From Candidatus Latescibacterota bacterium (lineage in GTDB: Bacteria > Latescibacterota > UBA2968 > UBA8231): a stretch of 64,000 nucleotides of DNA. Positions within the stretch are counted from its first letter, which is position 1, and each line of letters begins with the position of its first letter. The notes under the pieces were generated by a model that was given only the letters and a program-made list of their open reading frames with translations, had not been told where the DNA came from and did no database searches. The DNA lies in contig CBDFJF010000001.1 in the NCBI GenBank assembly GCA_965248265.1, positions 3,008,001 through 3,072,000 on the forward strand. The letters run 5' to 3'. Positions 30,720 to 41,253 of this stretch are shown here, in pieces. A program made the translations under genes and the position numbers.

Positions 30720-31051
30720 GTGTTGGGCGCGTAGTGCAATGCCAGCCAAACGGTCTCACCCTGAGGGTCCGTCCATTCTACTCGATGCCGGCAATGGGCG
30801 GGAATATTCACATAGTCTCCCGGGTTGAGTTGCACCGGGCCGGCGTCGTGGAATGTGAGGGTGGCTCTGCCGAGGACGACGAGAACCCACTCATCTCTGT
30901 CCTGGTCATACCACACTCCTTCGGGAGTGGTGTTTCCTCGCGAGACGATACGTTCAAGCTCGAAGGCAGGTTGATCCAGCAGAGTGTCGGTCTGTTCCGC
31001 CGTCGACGCCTCAGAGCGGTTGATGTCGGCTAGAATGTTGTTGACGGTCAT
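30716..31051 (-). CDS. Cupin-domain protein
   Basis: ERIVSRG..TP.G.WYDQDRDEWV, L.PGDYVNIPAHCRHRVEWT. Confidence 0.88.
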   Translation of the reverse strand: MTVNNILADINRSEASTAEQTDTLLDQPAFELERIVSRGNTTPEGVWYDQDRDEWVLVVLGRATLTFHDAGPVQLNPGDYVNIPAHCRHRVEWTDPQGETVWLALHYAPNT

Positions 31052-31283
31052 TGGCGCGCTCGAGTGTTGGGGGAAGGCAGGGATCAAGTGTACACCGCTG
31101 TCCGGGCGCGGGCCATCGGCTGGCAACGCCGATTGTCGCAGTCGTCGTCCGCCGTTACCTTAACGCTCAATGAAGCTCAATTCGGTTCAGCCGACACGGC
31201 GGGCAGTTTCTGTCGCCACGTCCGAATTTCCAATCCGGCACAACTCCTAACATGCCTTTGTCATCCTCCTCGTCTTCGCTGAT

Positions 31284-32054
31284 ATGCATCATCTACGACT
31301 TCCCGATATCACTGAGCACGGCACGGTAAAGCCTCTGTTGGGAGCTGCTGCATTCGCCACGCCCTGGGATGCCCTCGACTGTCTCCACATCGCCCCAGCA
31401 TCGGAGCATCGGTGGAATGCTGAGCACCGAGCGGCCGTCGAGTACGGGTACCTGGTACTGCAAGGAGAAGTCGAACTGCGCACCGGCACCAAACGCACCC
31501 ATGCGAGTGCTCCCGCCGTCGTGCGCACGCTGGACCCAGACCACTCGCTGGCAAACGGTGGATCCGTGACGGCTGGCGTGTTGGCGCACAGGGTAACGGT
31601 ACCGGACGATGCGCCGTGGGTGGAGGAAAACGGCCACCACCAGCACACGGCCGTCGCCGCCGTCGACCCCGAGCAACTGCAATGGCGACAAGCCATCCAC
31701 GGGGGGGTGGGTCGCATCGCCACTCGCCACATCTGGGGACCGGAGGATCTGGCATCCACCTGGACGTTCTTGGACCACGCGATCCTCGCGGCGCGCAGTT
31801 CAGTGGGATACCACCACCATGACGGTCTGGAAGAGTCATTCATCATTCTTGAGGGCACGGGATACGTGACCATCGATGAATCCTGCTTCGAGGTGGCACC
31901 CGGGTCGGTGACCTTCCAAGGGATCCGGCAAAGCCACGGTATTTACAACCCGACCGACGAAGAGCTGAACTTCCTCCGCGTTGCAGTTGCTGGGGAGGAC
32001 GGGGCATTCGCAACAGTGGATTTACATGACGATCTAACGGGCAGATGTCCATGA
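31284..32054 (+). CDS. Cupin-domain protein (probably bicupin)
   Basis: IHGGVG, VGYHHHDGLEESFIILEG.G, HGIYN. Confidence 0.82.
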   Translation: MHHLRLPDITEHGTVKPLLGAAAFATPWDALDCLHIAPASEHRWNAEHRAAVEYGYLVLQGEVELRTGTKRTHASAPAVVRTLDPDHSLANGGSVTAGVLAHRVTVPDDAPWVEENGHHQHTAVAAVDPEQLQWRQAIHGGVGRIATRHIWGPEDLASTWTFLDHAILAARSSVGYHHHDGLEESFIILEGTGYVTIDESCFEVAPGSVTFQGIRQSHGIYNPTDEELNFLRVAVAGEDGAFATVDLHDDLTGRCP

Positions 32055-33031
32055 GAGCGGCCGTTGAACACCAAGACAGTGCCAAGCGGATGGCAGACGC
32101 GGCCGCAGGGTTGCTGGCCTGCTTGGATGAGGACCAACAGTCCAGAGTGCGCATCGACTTCGCCGACCATCAGGAACGCACAAACTGGCACTATGTCCCG
32201 AGGGAACGCGCAGGACTGTCTCTCAAGAACATGGATGACAACCAGCGGGCGCACACGCAAAAGCTTCTGGCAAGCGGTCTCAGTGTCTCCGCAGTGGCCA
32301 CGGCCAAGACCATAATCGAACTCGAGCCCATTTTGGGTGCCCTAGAAGGCTCGACGGGTAGATTCGCTCGCGATTCCGAGCTGTACTTTGTCTCCATCTT
32401 CGGCGACACTGGCGCGGATAGATGGGGTTGGCGCTTCGAGGGACATCACCTATCGGTCAACTACACGATCATCGACAACCGCTGGATCTGCGCCACGCCC
32501 TTGTTCTTCGGGGCAAACCCGGCCGAGGTTCGCCATGGTGAACGCGAGGGTCTCAGAGCATTGGCAGTTGAAGAGGATCTCGCCCGCGAACTGCTGTTTG
32601 ACCTGGATGGCGAACAGCGGCGGCAAGCAATCGTCAACACCGAAGCCCCCACGGACATCCTCACGCGAAACAGCGCCTATGTGCGCGATGAGGTGGAACC
32701 CGAAGGATTGTCAGCGGTGGACATGAATCAGTCACAGCGAAATGGATTGCGCCGCCTGGTGGAGGTTTACGTGCAGCGGTTGCCGGAGCCGTTGGCCACG
32801 GCGGAAATGGCGAATCTGGAGTCGACGGATTTGACGGCCACGCACTTCGCATGGGCGGGGGCTGCTGAGCGGGGGGCGGCGCATTACTATCGCGTGCAGG
32901 GCGCCGTCTTTCTGGCCGAGTATGACAACACGCAAAACGACGCCAACCACATTCACGCGGTGTGGCGCAACCTGTTAAATGATTTCGGCGAGGATCTGCT
33001 GAAGGATCACTATCAGCAGAGCCACCGTTGA
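32051..33031 (+). CDS. DUF3500-family protein
   Basis: WHYVP.ERAGL, YFVSIFG, WGWRFEGHHLSVN, HYYRVQG, EYDNTQNDANHIHAVWR..NDFG. Confidence 0.88.
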   Translation: MRAAVEHQDSAKRMADAAAGLLACLDEDQQSRVRIDFADHQERTNWHYVPRERAGLSLKNMDDNQRAHTQKLLASGLSVSAVATAKTIIELEPILGALEGSTGRFARDSELYFVSIFGDTGADRWGWRFEGHHLSVNYTIIDNRWICATPLFFGANPAEVRHGEREGLRALAVEEDLARELLFDLDGEQRRQAIVNTEAPTDILTRNSAYVRDEVEPEGLSAVDMNQSQRNGLRRLVEVYVQRLPEPLATAEMANLESTDLTATHFAWAGAAERGAAHYYRVQGAVFLAEYDNTQNDANHIHAVWRNLLNDFGEDLLKDHYQQSHR

Positions 33032-33083
33032 GACGCTGGTGAATGGAGGGCAGGTGAGCTAGGGACGGCCAAAGTCGCCAAGC

Positions 33084-33395
33084 TTATCCAATCTTGCGGG
33101 CTTCACTCCTGGAGCGGCGAGCGGCTTCCTCTTCCTTGAATCCCGCCATCTCCTTCTGGAGCCGGCCTATCGACTTGGCGGTCTTGTTCTTTTTCTTATC
33201 CAGGATGGCCTTGTTCTTCTCGACCACCATCTTCTGACCCTGGGCCGTCTTGAGGCGGTTGAGGGTTTCCTGTCTTACGGAAGCTACCTGACTGATCTGC
33301 CGGTTCATGCGGCCCACCAGCTGGGTCGTCATCACCTTGGCGACAACGACGGCGAAGACGAATACCAGCGCCAGTATCATGGCAATGGCTTCCAT
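33084..33395 (-). CDS. N-terminally anchored coiled-coil protein (subtype B)
   Basis: TM (AIAMILALVFVFAVVV) followed by a basic coiled coil; GAGG RBS. Confidence 0.8.
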   Translation of the reverse strand: MEAIAMILALVFVFAVVVAKVMTTQLVGRMNRQISQVASVRQETLNRLKTAQGQKMVVEKNKAILDKKKNKTAKSIGRLQKEMAGFKEEEAARRSRSEARKIG

Positions 33396-33453
33396 CAGCT
33401 CAGCCTCTCATAGACAATCTGCAAGACCAGACCTACTGGGGGTGCGGGAAAAA

Positions 33454-33489
33454 CGACAATCCCAGGCACAGCGACAATCTTAGGCACAG
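33454..33489. repeat. 18-bp tandem direct repeat
   Basis: CGACAATCCCAGGCACAG / CGACAATCTTAGGCACAG; a third GACAATCT near 33413. Confidence 0.8.
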
Positions 33490-33538
33490 CACCGTACGTA
33501 AAGTCAAAAATAGGTTGCTGTGTCGATTAAGCAAGCAT

Positions 33539-36500
33539 TTAGTCACTGCGCTCCACCTCCTCCAACTGGCGGTCCAGCCGAGTAGTGGACACGGGCTGTG
33601 AGGTTCCCAGCTCCTGTGCAAACACGGAAACACGCCACTCCTCAACCAACCAGCGAAGCCCTTCAAGCCGGCCTTCTCGAACTGAACCGGGTTCCGGCGG
33701 GGCACTCAGGAATCGCACCAACGACTCAGCATACGGTCTGACCAGTTGTGCCTTCTGGGCGTCTCTTACGGCATCCGATCTGGCTCGATCAGCCCTGATC
33801 AATACGGCCTGAAGGTAGCGGGAGAGGTCGACGAGACGCTCCAGTGGAACTTGAAGCAGAAAGCGTTCCGGTACCAGGCGCTCGACGTCCACTCGCATCT
33901 CTGGGTAGGGGTGGGGGCAGGACAAGACCTTGCGCTTGTTCTCGAGCACCGCGCTGGCCAGGCGCAGGAAGCGCTCGGCAAGACCTGTCATGTTCTTGAG
34001 ACCCCGGGACTCCTCTTCCTCGAAACGCGTCAGCGTCAGTGGCAGGACCTCGGAGCGGCCGTACAGATGTTCGAGAAGATGCTCGTAAGCATCCATCTCG
34101 AATACGGTATCACCGTGAATGTGAACGCCTCCTGCGTCAGCGCTGTGGGAGTCGGCGCAGTACCAGTCGGCGAATCGGCGGCCATCCCGCAGACCACGCC
34201 GCATCCAGGCAAGTTCGGTCTTGGAACTCAGTTCGTGCAGCCGGATGAGTGCCTTTCGCGAATGGCGTTCTGCCTGTGCGCGCGTCTTGAAGAGGCGAAC
34301 GCCTATTGAGGTCTCAAGTTCAAGACCCGGATAACCCAGATGAGGGATCCCCTCAGCACCCGAGATTTCGACCTGTTCTGGAAGGTTGCCAATATCCCAA
34401 TGCTCTACACCGTCCCGATGCCACTCAGCAGCGGCCCGATTCCACACCTCGCTCTCCGGCCTTGCGCGCGATTGATCCTCCAGGCGTTCGGCGATCTCTG
34501 AAACATCCCGTCCCGCCAGCAGGGACTCGCCGGCCTGGCCGCTAACCTCAACCCGCATCTTCAAGTGCTGTGGAAGGTCGGTGGCATCGCCCCAATCAGA
34601 GCGCCGGATTTGAATCCCGTAACGCTCGGCGAGAAACTCCTCCAGCGACTCGAGGAACGAGGGGTGGGTCGGCTTCATGTCGGCGGCGATCGCCTTTGCC
34701 GTCTGCGGTATGGGTACCAACTGTTTGCGGATCGTCTTGGGTAACGATCGCAGCAGGCACGTAACCTTCTCTTCACGCAGCCCGGGCACCAGCCACTCCA
34801 GCACTTCTGGCCGCACCGCGTGAATGAGCTTGTAGGGTACCTTGACGGTGACGCCATCGTCTTCCTGTCCGGGCCGGTAGGCGTAGCTGAGGCTCAGTTG
34901 TTCATCTCCCAACTCAAGAGCATCTGGAAATGCCTGGCGATCAAACTCGACACCGCGCTCGCCAAGCAGGTCTGACTCACTCATGAACAAGAAGCGCCCG
35001 GGGCGGTTCTTGATCAGCCTGTCGACGTCTTGCAGTGAACAGATCGAGTCATGCGTTTCACTATCCCGAAAGCGGTCGCGGTAGAAGTCGAACGCCGCCT
35101 GGTCCAGATCCAGGTCGTCATGCTGTCGACGACACGCTTGCCAGGCCTCCAGTCGCTCGCGCAGTTGACGGTTGTGGGACAGGAAGGCATGCCTGGCATG
35201 AAATCCGTTTTCCTCCGGAATGCCGTCAGCGATGAGGGCTTCGCGAATGAAGAGCTCGGTGGCGGCAACGGCGTCTACCCGTCCATACGGCACCAGCCGA
35301 CTGTTCAACTCCAACCCGTGAAGGCGCACGACCTCGCGCACCAAGACACGCCCGGCGTCCGGGTACCAGGCCGGATCACGATACGTCGACCGGCACAGGT
35401 GCCCGACCAGCTCCTCCAGCCAATCCGGGTCGATGCGGGCAACGGTGCGGGCGAAGAGGCGCGAGGTCTCGACCATTTCGGCCGCCACGATCCACCTTGG
35501 GGAAGAGCCGCCAGTCGAGGGGTCGGCAGCGCGTTCGAACAGGCCGGATCCGGGAAACAGCATTGGCTCCTTGCCACGTAGCGCCTGGTAGAGGTTGCGC
35601 TCCTTCTTTCGCGCCAGGTTGCCGACCAGACCAGTGACGATCGAGCGGTGGATGGCGTCGTAGCCGCCGCGGCCGGCCTTTACGTCGATGGCCCCGTCCT
35701 GCCTGCGTTTGCCGACTTCTCGCAGAGACTCGGAGATCTGGGCGTGGATGTCGCGCCATTCCCGCATGCGGGTAAAGGAGAGGAAGTGCTGACGGCAGAA
35801 CTTGCGCATCTGGCTCTGCGTCGGCAGGCGTTCGAAGCGCTCGTGGTAGGAATCCCAGATTTTGAGCAGGCTCAGGAAATCAGAGTGGGCATGCCGGAAT
35901 TGCCGGTGCTGACGATCTGCTTCCTCCTGGCGATCCAGCGGGCGTTCACGAGGGTCCTGAATGGAGATGGCAGCGGCGATGATGAGAACCTGCGACACCG
36001 CATTCTCTTCCCGCGCTTGCAGTAACATGCGTGAGACCGCCGGCGCGATCGGTAAACGAGCCATGTCGCGGCCCAGCGGAGTAAGGCGCCTTCCATCGTC
36101 CAGGGCACCGAGCTCCTGAAGCTGCTGATAGCCACTTCGTATAGCCGGAGGCTTGGGCGGATCGAGGAAGGGAAAATCATCGATGGCCCCCAGACCCAGG
36201 TCCTGCATGCGCAGGATCACGTCCGCCAGGTCACTTCGCTGGATTTCGGGGGGTGTGTGCTCGGGACGAGAGATCAGGTCGGCCTCGCTGTAGAGACGAA
36301 CGCAGATGCCATCGCGCAAACGCCCACAACGGCCCTGGCGCTGCGCCGCGCTGGCCTGTGACACGGGCTCGATCGGCAGTCTCTGCGTGTGGGTGCGGGG
36401 GTTGTAGCGGTTGATCCGAGCCAACCCGGTGTCGACGACGTAGCGGATCCCCGGGATCGTCAACGAGGTCTCGGCGATGTTGGTGGCCAGAACGACTCGC

Positions 36501-37582
36501 CGTTTCGTCCCTGGCGAGAACACGCGTTGCTGCTCGGCTGCGGTGAGCCGGCCGAACAATGGTAAAACCTCGAGCCGCGATGCGGAAAGGCCTCGCTCGG
36601 CGGCCAGTCTGGCCGGCAACAGATCGACCGCCTCACGGATGTCGCGCTCACTCGGCAGGAAGACCAGCAGGTCTCCGGAGTCCGACTCGCCCAGCAAGTT
36701 CTGGACTGCACGGACCGCGCCGTCGACGTAGGAGAGATCCTCGGAGCTGCCCTCCTCCTCCAACAACTCCTCCAGTGGCCAGTAGCGGACCTCGACTGAG
36801 AACAGGCGTCCGGAGACCTCGACCACTGGGGCATTGTCGAAAGCCTGCGAAAAGCGGGCAACGTCGATGGTAGCGGAGGTGATGATGACTTTGAGGTCCG
36901 GGCGACGCTTCACCAACAACCGCAAGTACCCGAGGATGAAGTCAATATTGAGCGAGCGTTCGTGGGCTTCGTCGACGATAATGGTGTCGTACTCGAGCAG
37001 ATCCGGGTCAGAGCGAATCTCGGCCAGCAGAATGCCGTCCGTCATCATCTTGACCAGCGTTTCGGGCACCGTGCGGTCGCGGAAGCGGATCTTGCAACCA
37101 ACCTCGGCTCCCCACTGCACGTCCAACTCTTCAGCCAGTCGGCGAGACAGCGATTGTGCTGCTACCCTCCTGGGCTGAGTGCAGCCGATCTTTGCTTGCC
37201 GGCCTCGGCCCGCAGCCAGACAAATCTTGGGAATCTGGGTGGTTTTTCCAGATCCGGTCTCGCCGACGATGACGGTGACGGGATGCTCCCGAATCATGCG
37301 CGCGATTTCCTCTACCCGCGTCGTTATCGGAAGCTCTTTCGGGTACTCGATCGCGAGTCGCGTATCAACCCGACGCCGATGCAGTTTCTTGGATCGCTCC
37401 ACCCGTTCCAGGATGCGGTCAAGGTCCCGTTGCCAGTTGGATGACCTCTTGCCTTTGGGACGTCGCTTCAACTCGCGGGCGCGACGACCGAGCCGAACTC
37501 GATCAGCCTGCATGCAACCATCCAGATCAGTCTCAATGCGGGCGAGCCTGGCAAGTGAGTCCTGTGGGTCCTCGGTCGGCAT
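33539..37582 (-). CDS. hrpA: ATP-dependent RNA helicase HrpA
   Basis: GETGSGKTTQ, TQPRR, DEAH, SAT, TNIAETSLTI, QRQGRCGR, EEWRVSVFAQELGT C-terminus. Confidence 0.96.
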   Translation of the reverse strand: MPTEDPQDSLARLARIETDLDGCMQADRVRLGRRARELKRRPKGKRSSNWQRDLDRILERVERSKKLHRRRVDTRLAIEYPKELPITTRVEEIARMIREHPVTVIVGETGSGKTTQIPKICLAAGRGRQAKIGCTQPRRVAAQSLSRRLAEELDVQWGAEVGCKIRFRDRTVPETLVKMMTDGILLAEIRSDPDLLEYDTIIVDEAHERSLNIDFILGYLRLLVKRRPDLKVIITSATIDVARFSQAFDNAPVVEVSGRLFSVEVRYWPLEELLEEEGSSEDLSYVDGAVRAVQNLLGESDSGDLLVFLPSERDIREAVDLLPARLAAERGLSASRLEVLPLFGRLTAAEQQRVFSPGTKRRVVLATNIAETSLTIPGIRYVVDTGLARINRYNPRTHTQRLPIEPVSQASAAQRQGRCGRLRDGICVRLYSEADLISRPEHTPPEIQRSDLADVILRMQDLGLGAIDDFPFLDPPKPPAIRSGYQQLQELGALDDGRRLTPLGRDMARLPIAPAVSRMLLQAREENAVSQVLIIAAAISIQDPRERPLDRQEEADRQHRQFRHAHSDFLSLLKIWDSYHERFERLPTQSQMRKFCRQHFLSFTRMREWRDIHAQISESLREVGKRRQDGAIDVKAGRGGYDAIHRSIVTGLVGNLARKKERNLYQALRGKEPMLFPGSGLFERAADPSTGGSSPRWIVAAEMVETSRLFARTVARIDPDWLEELVGHLCRSTYRDPAWYPDAGRVLVREVVRLHGLELNSRLVPYGRVDAVAATELFIREALIADGIPEENGFHARHAFLSHNRQLRERLEAWQACRRQHDDLDLDQAAFDFYRDRFRDSETHDSICSLQDVDRLIKNRPGRFLFMSESDLLGERGVEFDRQAFPDALELGDEQLSLSYAYRPGQEDDGVTVKVPYKLIHAVRPEVLEWLVPGLREEKVTCLLRSLPKTIRKQLVPIPQTAKAIAADMKPTHPSFLESLEEFLAERYGIQIRRSDWGDATDLPQHLKMRVEVSGQAGESLLAGRDVSEIAERLEDQSRARPESEVWNRAAAEWHRDGVEHWDIGNLPEQVEISGAEGIPHLGYPGLELETSIGVRLFKTRAQAERHSRKALIRLHELSSKTELAWMRRGLRDGRRFADWYCADSHSADAGGVHIHGDTVFEMDAYEHLLEHLYGRSEVLPLTLTRFEEEESRGLKNMTGLAERFLRLASAVLENKRKVLSCPHPYPEMRVDVERLVPERFLLQVPLERLVDLSRYLQAVLIRADRARSDAVRDAQKAQLVRPYAESLVRFLSAPPEPGSVREGRLEGLRWLVEEWRVSVFAQELGTSQPVSTTRLDRQLEEVERSD

Positions 37583-37591
37583 TCTCTTGGC

Positions 37592-38596
37592 TCAAGACCT
37601 GGAGGCGACGACGCAATCCATTGCGTGGCTGGTACGGGCAGCCGTGACACCAGTGCTTGGACAGGTGCCGAGTCCGCGCAATGCGTCGACGATGGTCTGG
37701 ATCAGCGGTTCCTGCACGTGGGCTGGTGGGGGGAGCCGGAATTCTTCGGTCTTTCCGTTTTCCCGGACCAAGGTCAGCGGCTCGTCGAGCCCGAAGGTAG
37801 AGAAGGTGATGCGACCCCGTGAGCCGACGATGTCGGTGCGGTCAATGTTATCTTGGGCGGACAGATTGAAGCACCAGATGCCGTTGCCGATGACGCCCGA
37901 TTCAAAGGCGAAGGAGGCGGAGACGGCATCTTCGGCCGGGTACCATCCGGCCTGGTTGACGGCGTGCCCCCGCGCCGAGTCGATGGGCCCGAGCAGAAAA
38001 TCCAACAGGTCTAACTGATGACTGCCCACATCGAAGAAAAGGCCACCACCGGAGATCTCGGGCAGCACCCGCCACGGCAGTGCGCCGGCATCCAGATGGT
38101 CTGGGGAGGGCGGCCCAACAAGGGTAACGCCAGCAAACCGGACATCGCCGATGGCGCCGTCCTCGATTAACTCTCGTGCCTTCAGAAAGGTCGGCAGGCG
38201 GCGGCGGTAATAGGCGACAAAAAGGGGAACATCGGCGTCGTGGCAGGCGTCGATCATGCGCTTGCACTCATCGTGAGTGCGGGCCATCGGTTTTTCGACG
38301 TACACCGGCTTCCGCGCGCTGGCGGCGCGCATCGTATACTCCGCGTGGCTGTCGGGCGTCGTGGCGATGTAGATGGCATTGACCTCGGGGTCGGCGATCA
38401 ACTCATCGGCGTTCGAGTACCACCGCGGCACCCCATGGCGCTGAGCGTAGTCGCGTGCCTTCTCGCCGTCACGACGCATCACAGCGACTCTGCTGGAGCC
38501 TTCGATGCGATCAAAGGCAGGCCCGCTCTTGACCTCAGTCACATCGCCGCAACCGAGAATGCCCCACCTGATTTCATCCTTCATCACGCCCGTCAT
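37592..38596 (-). CDS. Gfo/Idh/MocA family oxidoreductase
   Basis: IRWGILGCGDVTEVKSGP, VYVEKPMA, AYYRR, DVGSHQLD. Confidence 0.9.
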   Translation of the reverse strand: MTGVMKDEIRWGILGCGDVTEVKSGPAFDRIEGSSRVAVMRRDGEKARDYAQRHGVPRWYSNADELIADPEVNAIYIATTPDSHAEYTMRAASARKPVYVEKPMARTHDECKRMIDACHDADVPLFVAYYRRRLPTFLKARELIEDGAIGDVRFAGVTLVGPPSPDHLDAGALPWRVLPEISGGGLFFDVGSHQLDLLDFLLGPIDSARGHAVNQAGWYPAEDAVSASFAFESGVIGNGIWCFNLSAQDNIDRTDIVGSRGRITFSTFGLDEPLTLVRENGKTEEFRLPPPAHVQEPLIQTIVDALRGLGTCPSTGVTAARTSHAMDCVVASRS

Positions 38597-38612
38597 GGTT
38601 GAAGGGTAAAAC

Positions 38613-39641
38613 TCACGACGGGGGCAGCACCTGCCAGTGACTCCAACCATAGGTTACGGCAACCGCTGCCCACAGTGCTTGCCTGGCCCACTGTGGATAG
38701 GTGCGCACGCCGATGGCGCCGAGCGTGGCAAGGCAGGGCAGGGCAGCCACCGCGTAGAAGTCATGGGGCAGCCACAACAGCCAGACGCACGTAGGAATCC
38801 CTGCTCCCAGCAGCAGGACGCCGTGCCGGGGGTCGCGGTGCCAATCACGACAGGCAATGACCCCTGATAACAGCAGAAGCAGCAGGAGTCCACCCCCCAC
38901 AGCGCTCCAGGGGAGGGGCAGATCCGTACCCAACCGTCCCCACTGCGCACCGACCGCGGAAGCTGCTTTCACCTCTGAAATGCGATGAGCGATGAATCGA
39001 TTGAACTGAGTTCCGAACAGGAGGGCGAACAAGGCCGCGGGAAGAATTTGGGCAATCCACCAGTTGCGTTGTTTGCTGCGCAGGCGTTCATGGAACAAGA
39101 CCATGGCGAGGCATTGCACGAGAACGACGGCGAACAATCCTCCGTGGACGAGCTGCATCGCCAGGGCGGTTCCGGACCAGGCCGCAAGCCACGTCCACTG
39201 ACCGGCGCGGATGTACTCGAAAAAACAAAGGTAGAGGATCAGTACCGTGACGAAGGCCAGAGGCGCCGGTGCCAGGACACGTGCCTGGTTGACGAAAAAC
39301 GGGGACAGCGCCAACAGCCAGAATGCCCCGGTCGCCGCGTGGGTGCCGCCGAGGGCACGCAACACACGCGGTGTCAGGGCCAACCCCGCAGCTGAGAGCA
39401 GTACACCCAACAACCTCAACCAAAACAGGTCGTTGGATACCAGCGTCCACGTATGCAGGAGCAGCAGATAGAGTGGACTGTAGGGGATGAGCAGGAGATC
39501 GCCGACAGGAATAATCGAGCGAGTGAGGACGATGGCTTCGCCGAGATCGAGAGGTCTCGTCCCAAGCCAGGCCACAGACACAACGGCAAAGCAAACAAAG
39601 GCCGTCAAGGGAAGACGGGGGATGACTGGTGCGCTCTTCAA
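38613..39641 (-). CDS. Integral membrane protein, GT-C/PMT-like
   Basis: YSPLYLLLLH.W, WLRLLGV, LLALSPFFV..A; many TMs. Confidence 0.65.
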   Translation of the reverse strand: MKSAPVIPRLPLTAFVCFAVVSVAWLGTRPLDLGEAIVLTRSIIPVGDLLLIPYSPLYLLLLHTWTLVSNDLFWLRLLGVLLSAAGLALTPRVLRALGGTHAATGAFWLLALSPFFVNQARVLAPAPLAFVTVLILYLCFFEYIRAGQWTWLAAWSGTALAMQLVHGGLFAVVLVQCLAMVLFHERLRSKQRNWWIAQILPAALFALLFGTQFNRFIAHRISEVKAASAVGAQWGRLGTDLPLPWSAVGGGLLLLLLLSGVIACRDWHRDPRHGVLLLGAGIPTCVWLLWLPHDFYAVAALPCLATLGAIGVRTYPQWARQALWAAVAVTYGWSHWQVLPPS

Positions 39642-39723
39642 CGGTCTCCGAAAAAGTTATTAGTCGTTGTGAGCGTGGAATTTAGCGGCTCCTATGATAG
39701 CGGTCAACGAAGCCGGGGAACAA

Positions 39724-39753
39724 TTGACAACCGGGGAGGGCTACCTGTACAAT
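39724..39753 (+). promoter_or_regulatory. Putative sigma70 promoter of the nfeD-floA operon
   Basis: TTGACA-N18-TACAAT. Confidence 0.55.
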
Positions 39754-39810
39754 GTTCCTTGCGTGGGGATTTTCAATTCAACCCAACTCCCTTCTGACAA
39801 AAGAGCAACG

Positions 39811-41253
39811 ATGCCCAATTGGTCAACGCAAATCCTTTTCCTGTTCGCATTGATTAGCACCCTGGCAGGTTTTCCCGGTGAGCAGCCAAGCCTCGCCATG
39901 GCTGAGCAGTCCACGGGAGCAGACACCATGATGGCCGATACGACCGACATCGTTGACGCGAAGGAAGCAGGGAAGCCACTGGTGCACCTGCTCAAGATCC
40001 AGACCGTCGATACCGAGGGCGGCATGATCGATCCTGGGATCACGGCCTTCGTCGAGCGGGCCGTGCAGGATGCCAACGAGGCTGACGCCGATGCCATCGT
40101 TTTCGAGATCGACACCTTTGGCGGGCGTGTCGACGCCGCCACCGTCATCAGCGACGCCATCATCGACGCCGATCCCCTGACCATCGCCTTCATCAACAAG
40201 AGGGCAATTTCAGCCGGGGCGCTGATCTCGCTGGCCTGCGACAAGATCGTCATGGTCAGTGGAGGCACCATCGGGGCGGTAACACCGGTGACTGGAGGTG
40301 GCGAAAAAGCCAGCCAGAAGATCGTCTCGGCCATGGGGGCTCAGATGCGGGCCAATGCCGAGAGCAAGGGAAGGGATCCGGATCTGGCCGAAGCCATGGT
40401 CGACGAGAGCATCGACATCCCCGGCTTCAGCGAAGTCGTCGGCCGGCCAGCGACTCTTACGACGGAAGAGGCGCTTCGCTTCGGCATGGCAGACGAAACC
40501 GCCGAGACCCTGCAACAGGTGTTGCGAATCTACGACCTGGATGACGCCGAAATAATCGAAGTCGACATCAACTGGGCGGAGCAGGTGGTTCGGCTGCTGA
40601 CCCACCCGGTCGTCACTTCCATCCTGCTGTCGGTGGCCGTGTTCGGTCTCATCGCCGAGGTGCGCACCCCGGGATGGGGGTTGGGTGGTTCGATGGCCCT
40701 TATCGCCCTGGCCCTGTTCTTCGGTAGCCACCTGGTCGTCCACCTGGCAGAATGGGACGAGTTGCTGCTCTTCGTCGTTGGCCTGGTGCTTCTAGTAGTC
40801 GAGATCGCGATAATTCCAGGTTTCGGCTTCGTCGGCGTGGCGGGGGTACTATGCATGGTAGCCAGCCTGCTACTCACCCGCCTGCCCTCGTACGATTTTT
40901 GGGGCATCGATGAGATCTCTTCCGTCGTCGGCCAGTTGGCGCTGTCGATGATCATCGGTATCGTCGGATCTGCCATCGTGCTACGCTCGCTGCCGAGGTT
41001 CGCCCTCTTCAATCGCCTGATTCTCGCCAGCGACACACCGGCATCAGAAGGTTACGTCTCGGCGCCTACCGAACATGACCACGACTTGCAAGGCATGGAA
41101 GGCGTGACGTTGACGGAGCTGCGACCGGTCGGGATCGGCCTGTTCGATGGAAGGCGCGTCGACATCATCGCCGAGGGTGACTTCATTAAAAACAAAACTG
41201 CCGTCAGGGTGATTGAAGCACGCGGCAGCCGGGTCGTGGTCAGGCCAGTATGA
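39811..41253 (+). CDS. Long NfeD protein (ClpP-like protease domain + TM + OB fold)
   Basis: EIDTFGGRVDAA, AISAGALISLA, TIGA..P, LTELRPVG, RVDIIAEG. Confidence 0.9.
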   Translation: MPNWSTQILFLFALISTLAGFPGEQPSLAMAEQSTGADTMMADTTDIVDAKEAGKPLVHLLKIQTVDTEGGMIDPGITAFVERAVQDANEADADAIVFEIDTFGGRVDAATVISDAIIDADPLTIAFINKRAISAGALISLACDKIVMVSGGTIGAVTPVTGGGEKASQKIVSAMGAQMRANAESKGRDPDLAEAMVDESIDIPGFSEVVGRPATLTTEEALRFGMADETAETLQQVLRIYDLDDAEIIEVDINWAEQVVRLLTHPVVTSILLSVAVFGLIAEVRTPGWGLGGSMALIALALFFGSHLVVHLAEWDELLLFVVGLVLLVVEIAIIPGFGFVGVAGVLCMVASLLLTRLPSYDFWGIDEISSVVGQLALSMIIGIVGSAIVLRSLPRFALFNRLILASDTPASEGYVSAPTEHDHDLQGMEGVTLTELRPVGIGLFDGRRVDIIAEGDFIKNKTAVRVIEARGSRVVVRPV

